From a virus (Duplodnaviria > Caudoviricetes), in IMG/VR virus record IMGVR_UViG_3300002301_000035, positions 1 through 39,136 of that record: a stretch of DNA of 39,136 bases; one strand, 5' to 3'. Below the pieces are notes generated by a model. That model saw nothing but the letters and a program-made list of their open reading frames with translations, was not told where the DNA came from and did not search any database. Below, piece by piece: positions 19,583 to 28,670 of the stretch (the first letter of the stretch is position 1; the number at the start of each line of letters is the position of its first letter). The translations under genes and the position numbers were made by a program.

Positions 19583-20592
19583 TGTTTTAATTCTTCATCG
19601 CACATAATTTTTACAAGGTCTTTGAACTTAACCTGTATTTCCCTATTCAATAATTTTTTCATTTTTGAAGCATCTCCAAGAAGTAAATCAACTTCTGCTG
19701 GTCGGAGTAAGTTAGCATCATATTCTACATACTCATGCCAATCTCCCAACCCAACATATTCAAAAGTTTCCTTTACAAACTCTTCAATGGTATGTGTCTC
19801 TCCTGTTGCAACAAGAAAATCCTGTGGCTCTTGTGTGGTAACGAACTCATAAATAATATCCATATATTCTTTAGAATATCCCCAATCTCTTTTAGCTTGA
19901 AGGTTGCCGAGCTTGAGCTTTGATTGTTTGCCATTCTTTATCGCTACAGCGGCTTTGACTATCTTGCGAGTAACGAACAGGTGTCCACGACGTGGTGATT
20001 CATGATTGAATAGGATACCATTATAGATTTTCATCCCATATCCTTCGCGATATGCGCGTCCAAGAGAGAACGCGAATACTTTTGAGCAACCATACGGCGA
20101 ACGAGGATGAAACGGCGTAGTTTCCTTTTGAGGTATCTCTTCGACTTTACCGAACATCTCAGACGAACCTGCCTGATATATCTTTGCTTCAGGACAGAAC
20201 ATCCTGCAAGCCTCTAGGATGCGTCCAAATCCTACTCCCGTGACATCCTCGGTATAGAGTGGAATGTCATATGAAGCTCTAACATCCGATTGAGCAGCAA
20301 GACAAAATACTAAGTCAGGTTTAACTTCACTCACTACTCGATTGATTGAGGTGGCATCAGCCAAATCCATGAGATAAGTCTTTATAGAACTTATGATGGT
20401 ATTCACATTAGACGTGTTAGGCGTAGCAGAACGTCTCATCGTCCCATAAACATCATAGCCTTTCTCGATGAGCAGCTCGACCATGTATGAAGCATCTTGG
20501 CCTGTGATGCCGAATACCAACGCTTTCGGTTTAAGCTCTGATACAAGGGAACCATGTATATCGTCTAACTTTAGAGGTTCATTCTTTTCCAT
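19579..20592 (-). CDS. gmd: GDP-mannose 4,6-dehydratase
   Basis: GITGQD, LAAQSDV, YQAGSSEMFG, PFHPRSPYGCSK, GILFNHESPRRG, FVTRKI, LGNLQAKRDWG, RPAEVDLLLGD; start refined to ATG 20592. Confidence 0.95.
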   Translation of the reverse strand: MEKNEPLKLDDIHGSLVSELKPKALVFGITGQDASYMVELLIEKGYDVYGTMRRSATPNTSNVNTIISSIKTYLMDLADATSINRVVSEVKPDLVFCLAAQSDVRASYDIPLYTEDVTGVGFGRILEACRMFCPEAKIYQAGSSEMFGKVEEIPQKETTPFHPRSPYGCSKVFAFSLGRAYREGYGMKIYNGILFNHESPRRGHLFVTRKIVKAAVAIKNGKQSKLKLGNLQAKRDWGYSKEYMDIIYEFVTTQEPQDFLVATGETHTIEEFVKETFEYVGLGDWHEYVEYDANLLRPAEVDLLLGDASKMKKLLNREIQVKFKDLVKIMCDEELKQ

Positions 20593-21442
20593 ATAGTTGT
20601 TTTTGATAGTTGATAGTTTTCTGAATCCCAATTCCGAAGTCCACAAACTGACGTGGAAATTCGGTTAAAGTCTTAGTTAGGTCTAGTTCAACCGTGTCGG
20701 GCGATCCTTCCAATCGTTTCTTTCCTTCGATAACTTTAGCATGAGTTATGAATCCTACATAGTTAGCGATATCTTTCACAGAAACTTTAGACACGCCGCC
20801 GACATTATAAACGCAGTCTTTTCCATTAAAAAGTATATCAAGCATCATATCCACCGCATCTTCAACGTAGCAATAGGTTCTGATAGCCGAGCCGTCATCG
20901 AGCATTTTAATCTCCTTTTTAGTCAAAGCATCTTCGATAAATTGATTGATGACACGAGTGTCGCCTTTCTTTGTCCCTGGGCCATATGCTAAAGCAAGTC
21001 TAGCAATTTTCACGTCATAGCCTTGTTCTCTATAAGCCATACAGATAGCTTCGCCACAACGCTTGCCTTCGATATAACAGGCACGAGGATGTTGAGGAGT
21101 GGTAGTGCCTATATCAGTTTCTTTGTGAGGACTTGGTGCGCCTGAATAGATTTCAGAGGTGGATATATAAAGAAACTTTCCACCTGGTTTAAGATACTGA
21201 AAAGCTATTTGAACTGCACCTGTATTTATTCTCAATGTTTGAAGTTTATCCTCTGAAAATTTAATCGGTTGACCATAGCCAGAGCCAAAAATAATATAAT
21301 CGAAAGAACCAAGTTTTAGTTCATCACCAAAGTCAACACACTTTACTTTCGTAATCTCAATATCAGGATAATCTCTCTCCAACACTTTACAGATGTTAGA
21401 GCCGACTAGACCGTATGCACCACAAATTAAGATTTTCTTCAT
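20579..21442 (-). CDS. NAD-dependent sugar epimerase/reductase (extended SDR, UXS-like)
   Basis: GAYGLVG, STSEIY, PRACYIEGKR (YxxxK), YGPG, DGSAIRTYCY. Confidence 0.9.
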   Translation of the reverse strand: MKKILICGAYGLVGSNICKVLERDYPDIEITKVKCVDFGDELKLGSFDYIIFGSGYGQPIKFSEDKLQTLRINTGAVQIAFQYLKPGGKFLYISTSEIYSGAPSPHKETDIGTTTPQHPRACYIEGKRCGEAICMAYREQGYDVKIARLALAYGPGTKKGDTRVINQFIEDALTKKEIKMLDDGSAIRTYCYVEDAVDMMLDILFNGKDCVYNVGGVSKVSVKDIANYVGFITHAKVIEGKKRLEGSPDTVELDLTKTLTEFPRQFVDFGIGIQKTINYQKQLYGKE

Positions 21443-23043
21443 TTCTTTAAAGCTTCAGTCCAAAATGTTTTGGCTGAATAAAGTTCTTCTGTTTTCTTTT
21501 GTCCTGACCTTGCGATAGATAAGCGTTCTTCTTCATGCTCTAAATAATACTTTACCTTATCCAGCAAGTCAACCTCAGTTATCCACTCCACATAATCCAC
21601 TCCAGGAGTGTAGAGTTTAGCCAATTCATCTGACTTCTGTTCAAATAGACAAGCACCGCAGCTCATAGCTTCAAACGGCCTGGCATTCACCACACTCATC
21701 CCATGAGCCTTAGAGAAAGATAGGGCAATCTTTGCTTTCTTGTATCCTCCTGCATAGTCAGCAGTCGAGAAATGGTCTCTGCCTTCCGAACCACCGCATA
21801 TTAGGTTTATCTTGTTGCCAAGTAGATACTTCAAATAGAACTGACGTTCTTCACGACCAAGACCATAGGAACCCAAGAAGATAACATCTATGTCTCTCTG
21901 TAAGTTGGGATTGTTGAATATACGAGGGTCTTTGGGGACATGGACATATTTGAAACCTACGGATTCTACTGCGTCCTTGTTTGCCGTACCAAGATTCTTC
22001 CATGTATATGGTTTTACAGTAAGAGCAATATCTCTCTGTTGTTGTGCTTCCAAATCTCCCCAGATGGTTATGATAGGGATTCCGAGAGCATGTAGAACTC
22101 CAAGAGTGTCTGGGTGCATGACAGCAGGGTCAGAGCCGAGAGGTTTGTAGATTATTAAAACTATATAGTCAGGTGCAATGGCATCAATCCTTTCAATCAA
22201 CGCTTGGTCTCCCCTCTTTCCCGTGTGGTAGAAGAACTTATCGAAATGAAACCTGCATACTTCAGCCAGTCCTGTGGATTCAAGAGATGCCCAAATGTTT
22301 CCTTCCCATTCTGATATGCCCATGCGTGGATTGCCTGCGCAGAAATAGTCCCCTATAAACATCACAACAGGCTTGGTGCGATTAAAGGTAGTTCTCTTGA
22401 ACGAAGAATACCTACCATCCTCAAAATAGTTGAAGAGAACGAAAGCATCGGGAATATATTTAACAGCTTCTCCCAATTCTTCCACTACTTTACAAACCAT
22501 CTCTCCATCTCCTACATTTGAAAGACCATAGCGGTAGTCTCGGAGAAACTTTCCCTTCAAGATGAGTTGTTCTCCCCCCACAGACCCTATTTTTATATTC
22601 TTGGGACTCCCAATGAGTTGGTCTATGGAATCTTCCCAATGACCCATTTGATTCTTCCAATCATCCCAAACAACATGGTTTATCTTTCTATCTGAACGCT
22701 TCATGGAAACTATCACAGCATCTGCGTTTATAATCTTCTCAAAGAATCCTTGACCGCTGACGCAGTCGGCTTCTTCAACAGAATCATCATCACAAAGAAT
22801 CATATATTGCGTCTCCATTTCCAGCTTCTTCTCCCCTATGAACTTATTAAACAGCCAGTTGGATTTACAAAGTCCCTCTCTTTCTGGTGGTTTCTCATAC
22901 ATCCTTACCTCAACCCAATCGGGAAATTTGTCTTTTAGCTCCTCGTTATCAATCAAAACAATCCAATTAGCTTTGCCTTTCAAGACATTAGCCATCAATT
23001 CGATGTTTTCTTTTCTTTGAAAGGGAGTTACGACAGTTATCAT
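21439..23043 (-). CDS. Bifunctional glycosyltransferase (GT-A-like N-terminus plus CgeB-like GT-B C-terminus)
   Basis: ITVVTP and ILCDDD in N-half; DIDVIFLGS, RPFEAMSCG and KYYLEHEEERLSIA in C-half. Confidence 0.8.
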   Translation of the reverse strand: MITVVTPFQRKENIELMANVLKGKANWIVLIDNEELKDKFPDWVEVRMYEKPPEREGLCKSNWLFNKFIGEKKLEMETQYMILCDDDSVEEADCVSGQGFFEKIINADAVIVSMKRSDRKINHVVWDDWKNQMGHWEDSIDQLIGSPKNIKIGSVGGEQLILKGKFLRDYRYGLSNVGDGEMVCKVVEELGEAVKYIPDAFVLFNYFEDGRYSSFKRTTFNRTKPVVMFIGDYFCAGNPRMGISEWEGNIWASLESTGLAEVCRFHFDKFFYHTGKRGDQALIERIDAIAPDYIVLIIYKPLGSDPAVMHPDTLGVLHALGIPIITIWGDLEAQQQRDIALTVKPYTWKNLGTANKDAVESVGFKYVHVPKDPRIFNNPNLQRDIDVIFLGSYGLGREERQFYLKYLLGNKINLICGGSEGRDHFSTADYAGGYKKAKIALSFSKAHGMSVVNARPFEAMSCGACLFEQKSDELAKLYTPGVDYVEWITEVDLLDKVKYYLEHEEERLSIARSGQKKTEELYSAKTFWTEALKK

Positions 23044-23047
23044 TTTA

Positions 23048-24286
23048 TTATTTTATCTGTGCCTTATATCCCCTGTTAGCTGACATTCCACTTGGGATGA
23101 ACTGCTTTGCCTTAGACCTTCCCGCAAAGGATTCCTGCATGTAGAGGGCATATCTGATTGCATCGAGTGCATGGTCGTTCTCCTTAATCGGTAATTCATT
23201 TTCATTATGGTCTGGTTTCTTGTCAGGATACCGGTAGGTCTCAAACTCATTGATGAGATTAGTACATGAGAAATGGATATGCAATCTATTGGTCTTAAGA
23301 AGCTCCTGAATGCTTCTAATACCAGCTTCAATATCTTTACTGACCTCTCTCACATTCAATCCCATACGCCTCATCTGGTCTATCCTATCAGGCTCTGCTG
23401 GGTCTGGGTAGTACTTAGTACCTCTATAGCTCTTAGCTATCTCAATAATCTCATCAGTCGTTTTACCGGTCTTGTAGAACTCATTTGTGACCCAATAGTT
23501 TGCATCAGAATCCTTTAGAATGAGATACACAGTGGCAGGATTAGTCCATCCCCAATCAATTGGGACAAGCCTGTCTATGATGTTGAACTGTGCGTCGTTA
23601 TATACATGCCTCACCCTATCAAATCCCTTATAGACCAATCCTTGAGTCTTTCGGAAGTCAGCTAAATACTCCTGAGCAAATTGGTCTTCCTCCAATTCCC
23701 GCTTAGCATCCTCAATCTCACTCTTCTTAACGAATGGATTATCGTAGGAAGTAAAGTGGAAACTCTCATAGTCTCTACCCTTTACAGGGTCTTTATATAG
23801 GTTATACAGGTCATAGAAGTGATTGAATCCTTTTGGGGTGGAGATGAATAGAACAGACCCTTCTCTATCGGTCAGAGTAGGTCTGATGACATTAGACCAA
23901 GAAACATCCCAGTTCCTCATAGAAGCAATCTCATCGAGAACAATGAAGTCAAAAGCCTGACCTCTTAAAGTCTCAACAGACTCCCAACCTCGGAGTGAAA
24001 TAGTGCTCTTTCCCTTATCCGCAGTCTGAACGATAATCTCCAACCTTGTCTCGTTAATCTTCACAGCGATAGGCTTCACAAGTTCAACCAACTGAACCCA
24101 TGCAATATCCCTAGCTTGTTGATAAGTAGGGGCTATGTAAGCAATGTTCATACCCTTACGACTATAAGCCTTACCAGCCATCTCATTGATAGCAAGAACA
24201 GTTTTACCAACTCTTCTACCAGCACAGACAACTCTGAACCTCTTAGTGCTCTTAGCTACCTTGCTTTGACTTGGATGGAATATCAT
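23048..24286 (-). CDS. terL: Terminase large subunit
   Basis: AGRRVGKT Walker A, IAPTYQQA, LRG..FDFIVLDE Walker B, ISTPKG, FAQEY, IDWG and DHALDAIRY nuclease motifs. Confidence 0.95.
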   Translation of the reverse strand: MIFHPSQSKVAKSTKRFRVVCAGRRVGKTVLAINEMAGKAYSRKGMNIAYIAPTYQQARDIAWVQLVELVKPIAVKINETRLEIIVQTADKGKSTISLRGWESVETLRGQAFDFIVLDEIASMRNWDVSWSNVIRPTLTDREGSVLFISTPKGFNHFYDLYNLYKDPVKGRDYESFHFTSYDNPFVKKSEIEDAKRELEEDQFAQEYLADFRKTQGLVYKGFDRVRHVYNDAQFNIIDRLVPIDWGWTNPATVYLILKDSDANYWVTNEFYKTGKTTDEIIEIAKSYRGTKYYPDPAEPDRIDQMRRMGLNVREVSKDIEAGIRSIQELLKTNRLHIHFSCTNLINEFETYRYPDKKPDHNENELPIKENDHALDAIRYALYMQESFAGRSKAKQFIPSGMSANRGYKAQIK

Positions 24287-24452
24287 TGTGTAATAATTTA
24301 TTAAATGGTTTAGTTGAGAGAGGGGATATACAACTTTTCATCATCACGTTTTACCCCGAAGTGGTATACCCTCCACTCTAACATCTAATCTATGTCGTAC
24401 AATATGTATTGTTGGTATGTTCATTCGTTGTCATTGAGCCATAGTCCAATGA

Positions 24453-24875
24453 TTATGAAGGAATTGACTTACTCTCTATTGACTTAATACTATCAACGTT
24501 GTCTGATTGTATACCATTCTTAGACATTACTTCACTGGGAAGAACAAAGACATTGAGTGAAGTTATACCTCCGGATAATAATTGCTTATTTTTCACTAAC
24601 ATATCTAAGCTATAAGCTAATACACGGTAGTCTTCATTATTCTTATCTTTCTTGCTCATAGCAGCCTGTACTTCACTGATCTCATCATCTATTCTATCCA
24701 GTAAAGGCTTAGCTAATTTCTTGTATGTCTTTGTCTTTGTTATCCTTTCAGGATGTAGACTTGTAGATTTTGCATATCCAACATTACGAGCAATTTCACC
24801 CATATTCACAAGTTCGTTGCTTCGTACTTTTTCGGATACTTTATGAGCGAATCTTTGTGCGTTTATTGAACCCAT
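24453..24875 (-). CDS. terS: Terminase small subunit
   Basis: Immediately upstream of terL; HTH-like IARNVGYAKST; helical oligomerisation region. Confidence 0.7.
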   Translation of the reverse strand: MGSINAQRFAHKVSEKVRSNELVNMGEIARNVGYAKSTSLHPERITKTKTYKKLAKPLLDRIDDEISEVQAAMSKKDKNNEDYRVLAYSLDMLVKNKQLLSGGITSLNVFVLPSEVMSKNGIQSDNVDSIKSIESKSIPS

Positions 24876-24890
24876 ATATAAATTATAACT

Positions 24891-24919
24891 ATTATACTTT
24901 GACGATAAAGAGAAAGCAA
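24891..24919 (-). promoter_or_regulatory. Sigma70-type promoter for terS
   Basis: TTGCTT-17-TATAAT on minus strand. Confidence 0.65.
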
Positions 24920-25281
24920 GTCCCCCCGAAGTTTACTCTTTACGTTGTATCGTTTTAATCTACGCTAGTAGACATACAACTATGATTATAGGAATATCCT
25001 ACCATTCGAGATAAGTATAGCAAACACATAACGATCCCCGCAAATACATCAAAAGTGAATATTGTGTGGATAAACGTGCCGCTACAATGCGATTAGAGGC
25101 CTCCATAATCTTTGAGTTGATAAGTATATCGCAGAATATATACCGCTTCATAGTAAGCGTTATAGAGTGTTATAGGCATACTCTACGATATTAAGCCACC
25201 GTTTGCTGTCCATTCATGGCTCTATATAGCCATATTCTTCATTATAAGCCATATTATTATTACAATAAACACAGATAGCCA

Positions 25282-25311
25282 TTGACTTTTGACTATGAAA
25301 CGCCATATACT
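25282..25311 (+). promoter_or_regulatory. Sigma70-type early promoter
   Basis: TTGACT-18-TATACT. Confidence 0.65.
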
Positions 25312-25362
25312 AGTATCAGAGTAAGGTTGATTGAAAACTGAATAGGGGTAAATAAAAAATAT

Positions 25363-25563
25363 ATGTCTAAAAAACAAGAAGCGGTTATCGTAAAGTGTTG
25401 TGAGGATGAAAATGAACACTCTTACCGAGACAATTGTTGGAATTGCGCACCATTTTGGTATCATATTCCGACTTGTCCAACTCATCAGAGAAAATTAAAG
25501 AGCAGTGGATATTGTAAAGATTGCAGAAAGTATTATCAAACAAACGTCGGAATTAGAAAATAA
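25363..25563 (+). CDS. Small Cys/His-rich (zinc-binding) protein
   Basis: CC, CWNC, CPTH and CKDC motifs; A-rich leader. Confidence 0.7.
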   Translation: MSKKQEAVIVKCCEDENEHSYRDNCWNCAPFWYHIPTCPTHQRKLKSSGYCKDCRKYYQTNVGIRK

Positions 25564-25719
25564 ACAAATACCCTATTCAGTTTCCAGCGTATCTCATATC
25601 TCTAATCGGCGATAACACATTGATAGGTGTACATGGTAAAACATGTACAACTACCAGTGTGCTACATAAGTAGCATTTATTAAATAACACACTGGATATG
25701 CTCGTTCATTGAAAATAAA

Positions 25720-26283
25720 ATGAAACACTATAAATTGATTGTTAGCCATGACTTTTCATTATCAAATGAAACGGACGCGGATATACAATCAGATTACTTC
25801 CCTGGAATATGGGCTATTAGTACGCAAAAGCGGGCTATGAAATACGCAAAAGAATTACTCGCGGACGGTGATACGATAACAGTGGATGATTACAATAATC
25901 CACAATATCATACACTAGCTAACAAGTTCATAAAAGAGCTTGGATTGTCTCAAAAGCTCTACGAAGAGCCTAAAGCGTTAGACGTTCAAACTTGCGTTAC
26001 AAATGACAAGCCGTCAAATCTATCTCAATTAAAGAAGTTTTTGACTGTTGGTATGAAAGTCCATGTTAGGAATTACTACGGTGAAACTATGAACGAAAAA
26101 GATACTACAGTGCTAGCCGTTCAAACAAATCAAATTGTGTTTGAAAAGACGCTAGGCAGTGGCATAAAATCATGGTTTGACTTAGGTAAAGCGAGCGAAT
26201 GGATATTCACAAATAACACCGCTCAAAAGTACTACATAGACAACAAAGGTCAAAACAAACTTGGCTATGAAATAGTCTACTAA
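25720..26283 (+). CDS. Hypothetical early protein
   Basis: 187 aa ORF with AAAATAAAATG leader. Confidence 0.75.
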   Translation: MKHYKLIVSHDFSLSNETDADIQSDYFPGIWAISTQKRAMKYAKELLADGDTITVDDYNNPQYHTLANKFIKELGLSQKLYEEPKALDVQTCVTNDKPSNLSQLKKFLTVGMKVHVRNYYGETMNEKDTTVLAVQTNQIVFEKTLGSGIKSWFDLGKASEWIFTNNTAQKYYIDNKGQNKLGYEIVY

Positions 26284-26284
26284 C

Positions 26285-26524
26285 ATGAAACTATACGCCA
26301 CAATCGAAAATGAAAAAGGCAAGCGAGAAGGCATGGGGGGGAATAAACACCTCCGCATCGGTGTTGGAGACGGCAATATACAGCAGTTGGTCGTCATTGT
26401 AGACGCATTGCCGCCAGAAGCTAGCCGAGACAACAAGCCTTGCACCGTTATGCAAGTATGGGGAGACAAAGGAGAGCTATGCGAGAGGATAGTCATTAAA
26501 GGCAAAAGCACAGGCCAAAAATAA
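26285..26524 (+). CDS. Hypothetical early protein
   Basis: 79 aa, starts 1 nt after the previous stop. Confidence 0.7.
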   Translation: MKLYATIENEKGKREGMGGNKHLRIGVGDGNIQQLVVIVDALPPEASRDNKPCTVMQVWGDKGELCERIVIKGKSTGQK

Positions 26525-26537
26525 AGGCCAAAGCAAA

Positions 26538-26568
26538 AGCCGCATCAAACGAGCAGATGCGGTTTTTT
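26538..26568 (+). terminator. Intrinsic terminator (A-tract on the other side, possibly bidirectional)
   Basis: AGCCGCATC-loop-GATGCGGTT followed by T-run. Confidence 0.8.
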
Positions 26569-26618
26569 CGTATAGAGAAAATCCGGTCAATCGTTTTGAA
26601 ATCAACGCATATATGTAT

Positions 26619-26755
26619 GTAAGTAAGCGAGCTATCGCCATTACGCGTAAGCAGGCGAGCTATCGCCAAAGGTCGGGGTCGCTCGAAGTATGGGGTCGCT
26701 AGCAGTATTAGTAAATTATAAACACGGGGTCGCTGTAAGTAAGCCGACTATCGCA
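26619..26755 (+). repeat. Cluster of direct repeats (iteron- or pac-like)
   Basis: GTAAGYARGCGAGCTATCGCCA at 26619 and 26647, variant at 26735; GGGGTCGCT at 26675, 26692, 26726 (and 26929). Confidence 0.8.
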
Positions 26756-26773
26756 GACCTCAATAAAACAAAT

Positions 26774-26947
26774 ATGAAAAACAAACACGCGCAGTCGCTA
26801 GGAAAATTGGGAGGGTTGGCTCGGTCAAAGAAATATACCAAAGAACAGGTAAAAGAAATGCTCAAGCCCGCGCATGATGCGAGGAGATTGGCTTGGGAGA
26901 AGTGGAGGATTGAGCATCCGAAGACTTCGGGGTCGCTGGCTTCATAG
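26774..26947 (+). CDS. Small basic nucleic-acid-binding-like protein
   Basis: MKNKHAQSLGKLGGLARSKKYTKEQ...; ATG 26774 has an A-rich leader, while the longer called start lies in the repeats. Confidence 0.65.
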   Translation: MKNKHAQSLGKLGGLARSKKYTKEQVKEMLKPAHDARRLAWEKWRIEHPKTSGSLAS

Positions 26948-27044
26948 ACTTATATCTACATTTAGAACATACCCATTTCTTCCTATCCTCACTCAGATAG
27001 ATTTGATGTACTTCTTGACGACATGTAAAACATTGGTAAATCAA
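26862..27044 (-). CDS. Possible small zinc-ribbon protein
   Basis: CFTC...CSKC; TTG overlaps glycosyltransferase stop, but it overlaps the convergent + gene by 86 nt. Confidence 0.35.
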   Translation of the reverse strand: MIYQCFTCRQEVHQIYLSEDRKKWVCSKCRYKSMKPATPKSSDAQSSTSPKPISSHHARA

Positions 27045-28078
27045 GTTAAGTATATTTTCTTTAGTGGCTCTAATTGAGTTATTATATCACGATTTTCTTT
27101 AATCCAATCCAAATGAGTTTCTCTAGTAGCTTTTAATCTATCGGGGTTATTTATGAAGTATTCAATATCAGTCTCCCACTCTTCGGTTAAAACCGAGGTT
27201 GGCTCATTTTGATATGCTATAACATCTCCAGCGAGGGCTAAAGCACCTGACAGGGTGTATTCCATGGCTTTACACGCGCTACGATGACGATTAAAGGGCG
27301 TATCTTTCAAAGGGCATAGTCCGATATCAAGTGCCATATTTATCAAGGTAGAGGGGTATATCGTGTAATCCACATAGGGAATCCACTCAAATTGTATTCC
27401 TGCAAGCAGTTTGTCTAATTCTTCTAGTTTCTTGGTGGCTTCTTCGGGTGCGGAATATCTGAAATCCTTATACCAAGATTGATAATCAGATTGTCCAAAT
27501 CCCATTATGAGGAACTTAATATCGTATTTTTTCTGTAATCGCTGTATGACAGGGATAATTTCTATCAAATCTTCTACATGAGTAGCAGATCCGGAGAATC
27601 CTATCCTAAATCCTTCTCGCGTGGGTCTTGGATATGTCCATTCGCTTGGTACATAGCAATTAGGAATGACGGTAATGGGTGCGGTTGTTTTGTTTTTGAG
27701 ATAGGGAATAAACTCTGGCGTGCTTACCGTGATGTGGTCTGCATATTGTAAAGCTAATAGTTGAGATGATTTATCTTTTTTAACTGAATAATAAAATGGA
27801 TTGGTTGGTTCTATAAGTTCTAACGCGTCATCCATATCATAAACAATCTTCTTTCCATTTTCTTTCATATACTTAAATACCCTTTCCATTGAAAAGGGTG
27901 TCGCACCATAAAACTGAAAGGACTTATACAGTTCTATATCGTCTACATCTTCATTCAAATGAATAGCGTGGGTTTTTACTCTATTCCTATCCAACATTTC
28001 CATAGGTTGTTTTATGCGGTACATGTAGCAACCGCTAGATTTATGTTCCCAATACCCTATGATAGCGTTCTTGTCCAT
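27041..28078 (-). CDS. GT-B glycosyltransferase (GT4-like)
   Basis: SGCYMYRI, VYDMDD, ADHITVST, VIPN, RIGFSGSATH, DIGLCPL...FNRHRSACKAMEY. Confidence 0.85.
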   Translation of the reverse strand: MDKNAIIGYWEHKSSGCYMYRIKQPMEMLDRNRVKTHAIHLNEDVDDIELYKSFQFYGATPFSMERVFKYMKENGKKIVYDMDDALELIEPTNPFYYSVKKDKSSQLLALQYADHITVSTPEFIPYLKNKTTAPITVIPNCYVPSEWTYPRPTREGFRIGFSGSATHVEDLIEIIPVIQRLQKKYDIKFLIMGFGQSDYQSWYKDFRYSAPEEATKKLEELDKLLAGIQFEWIPYVDYTIYPSTLINMALDIGLCPLKDTPFNRHRSACKAMEYTLSGALALAGDVIAYQNEPTSVLTEEWETDIEYFINNPDRLKATRETHLDWIKENRDIITQLEPLKKIYLT

Positions 28079-28082
28079 TTAA

Positions 28083-28268
28083 CTATTTTGAATGATTATG
28101 CACTGAAGGATTTTTAAGAGGGATTTTATTTCCTTTTCCCAATGTACCGTCTTTCTTCAGATTCCTGCTTTTTTCAAGCGTGATTTCTTGCATATATTCA
28201 TGCTGTCCGTTTTGTTTTCCTTCTAATTGCATTCTTGCCAATGCGAGGCGGGTGGTTCCTGATGCCAA
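28083..28268 (-). CDS. Small basic hypothetical protein (TTG start)
   Basis: 61 aa ORF in late operon. Confidence 0.55.
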   Translation of the reverse strand: MASGTTRLALARMQLEGKQNGQHEYMQEITLEKSRNLKKDGTLGKGNKIPLKNPSVHNHSK

Positions 28269-28301
28269 TTTATTGTTGAATTAGGTTATGTATTTACTAA
28301 T

Positions 28302-28400
28302 TCAAATTACAGTTAATAATTCTATCTCTTTCACACAATCGCAACAAGTTTCCTCGTCGCAATCCTTTGGTAGTATTTTACCACAACTTTTACATTTCAT
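28302..28400 (-). CDS. 32-aa Cys-rich mini-protein
   Basis: MKCKSCGKILPKDCDEETCCDCVKEIELLTVI; ATG 1 nt after upstream stop. Confidence 0.5.
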   Translation of the reverse strand: MKCKSCGKILPKDCDEETCCDCVKEIELLTVI

Positions 28401-28401
28401 G

Positions 28402-28650
28402 TTATTTCTTGTGAAAATTTGCCTGACCAGGAGCGGCATGGGCAGCTCTAGCCAAATTTCCAATAACTCCTCCAGGCACACCTTTTGCTTTGAGTTGTGC
28501 TGCTCGACCACCCCATCCAAGTTTATTGCTCTTACCATGAAATTTACCTGTCTTCTTTATTTTATTCATAGCCGAAATCATCTCACCTGGCTTTGTTTTA
28601 CCCTTGAGACCTAGTTTCTTCTTGAGTGAACCTGTTTTTGAACCTGCCAT
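28402..28650 (-). CDS. Highly basic Lys/Gly-rich protein (possible DNA-condensing core protein)
   Basis: 82 aa, very Lys-rich with almost no acidic residues; first gene of the late transcript. Confidence 0.7.
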   Translation of the reverse strand: MAGSKTGSLKKKLGLKGKTKPGEMISAMNKIKKTGKFHGKSNKLGWGGRAAQLKAKGVPGGVIGNLARAAHAAPGQANFHKK

Positions 28651-28670
28651 TTTATTAAAATTATTAGTTA

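Noticed and set aside
17034-23043. DNA hypermodification role for the sugar cluster
   Set aside because: No hydroxymethylase, TET/JBP or nucleotide-modifying genes in the window and the cluster is in the late head operon; not excluded for genes outside the window
24287-24452. pac site or hairpin between terS and terL
   Set aside because: An imperfect GAGGGTATAC/GTATATCCCCTC stem is present, but nothing in the sequence alone supports a packaging function
2101-24958. Plus-strand ORFs of 60-115 aa within the late region
   Set aside because: Antisense shadows of well-supported minus-strand genes
26619-26755. Possible CRISPR mini-array
   Set aside because: Spacing is irregular (6-nt gap between the first two copies), two repeat types interleave and no cas genes are present
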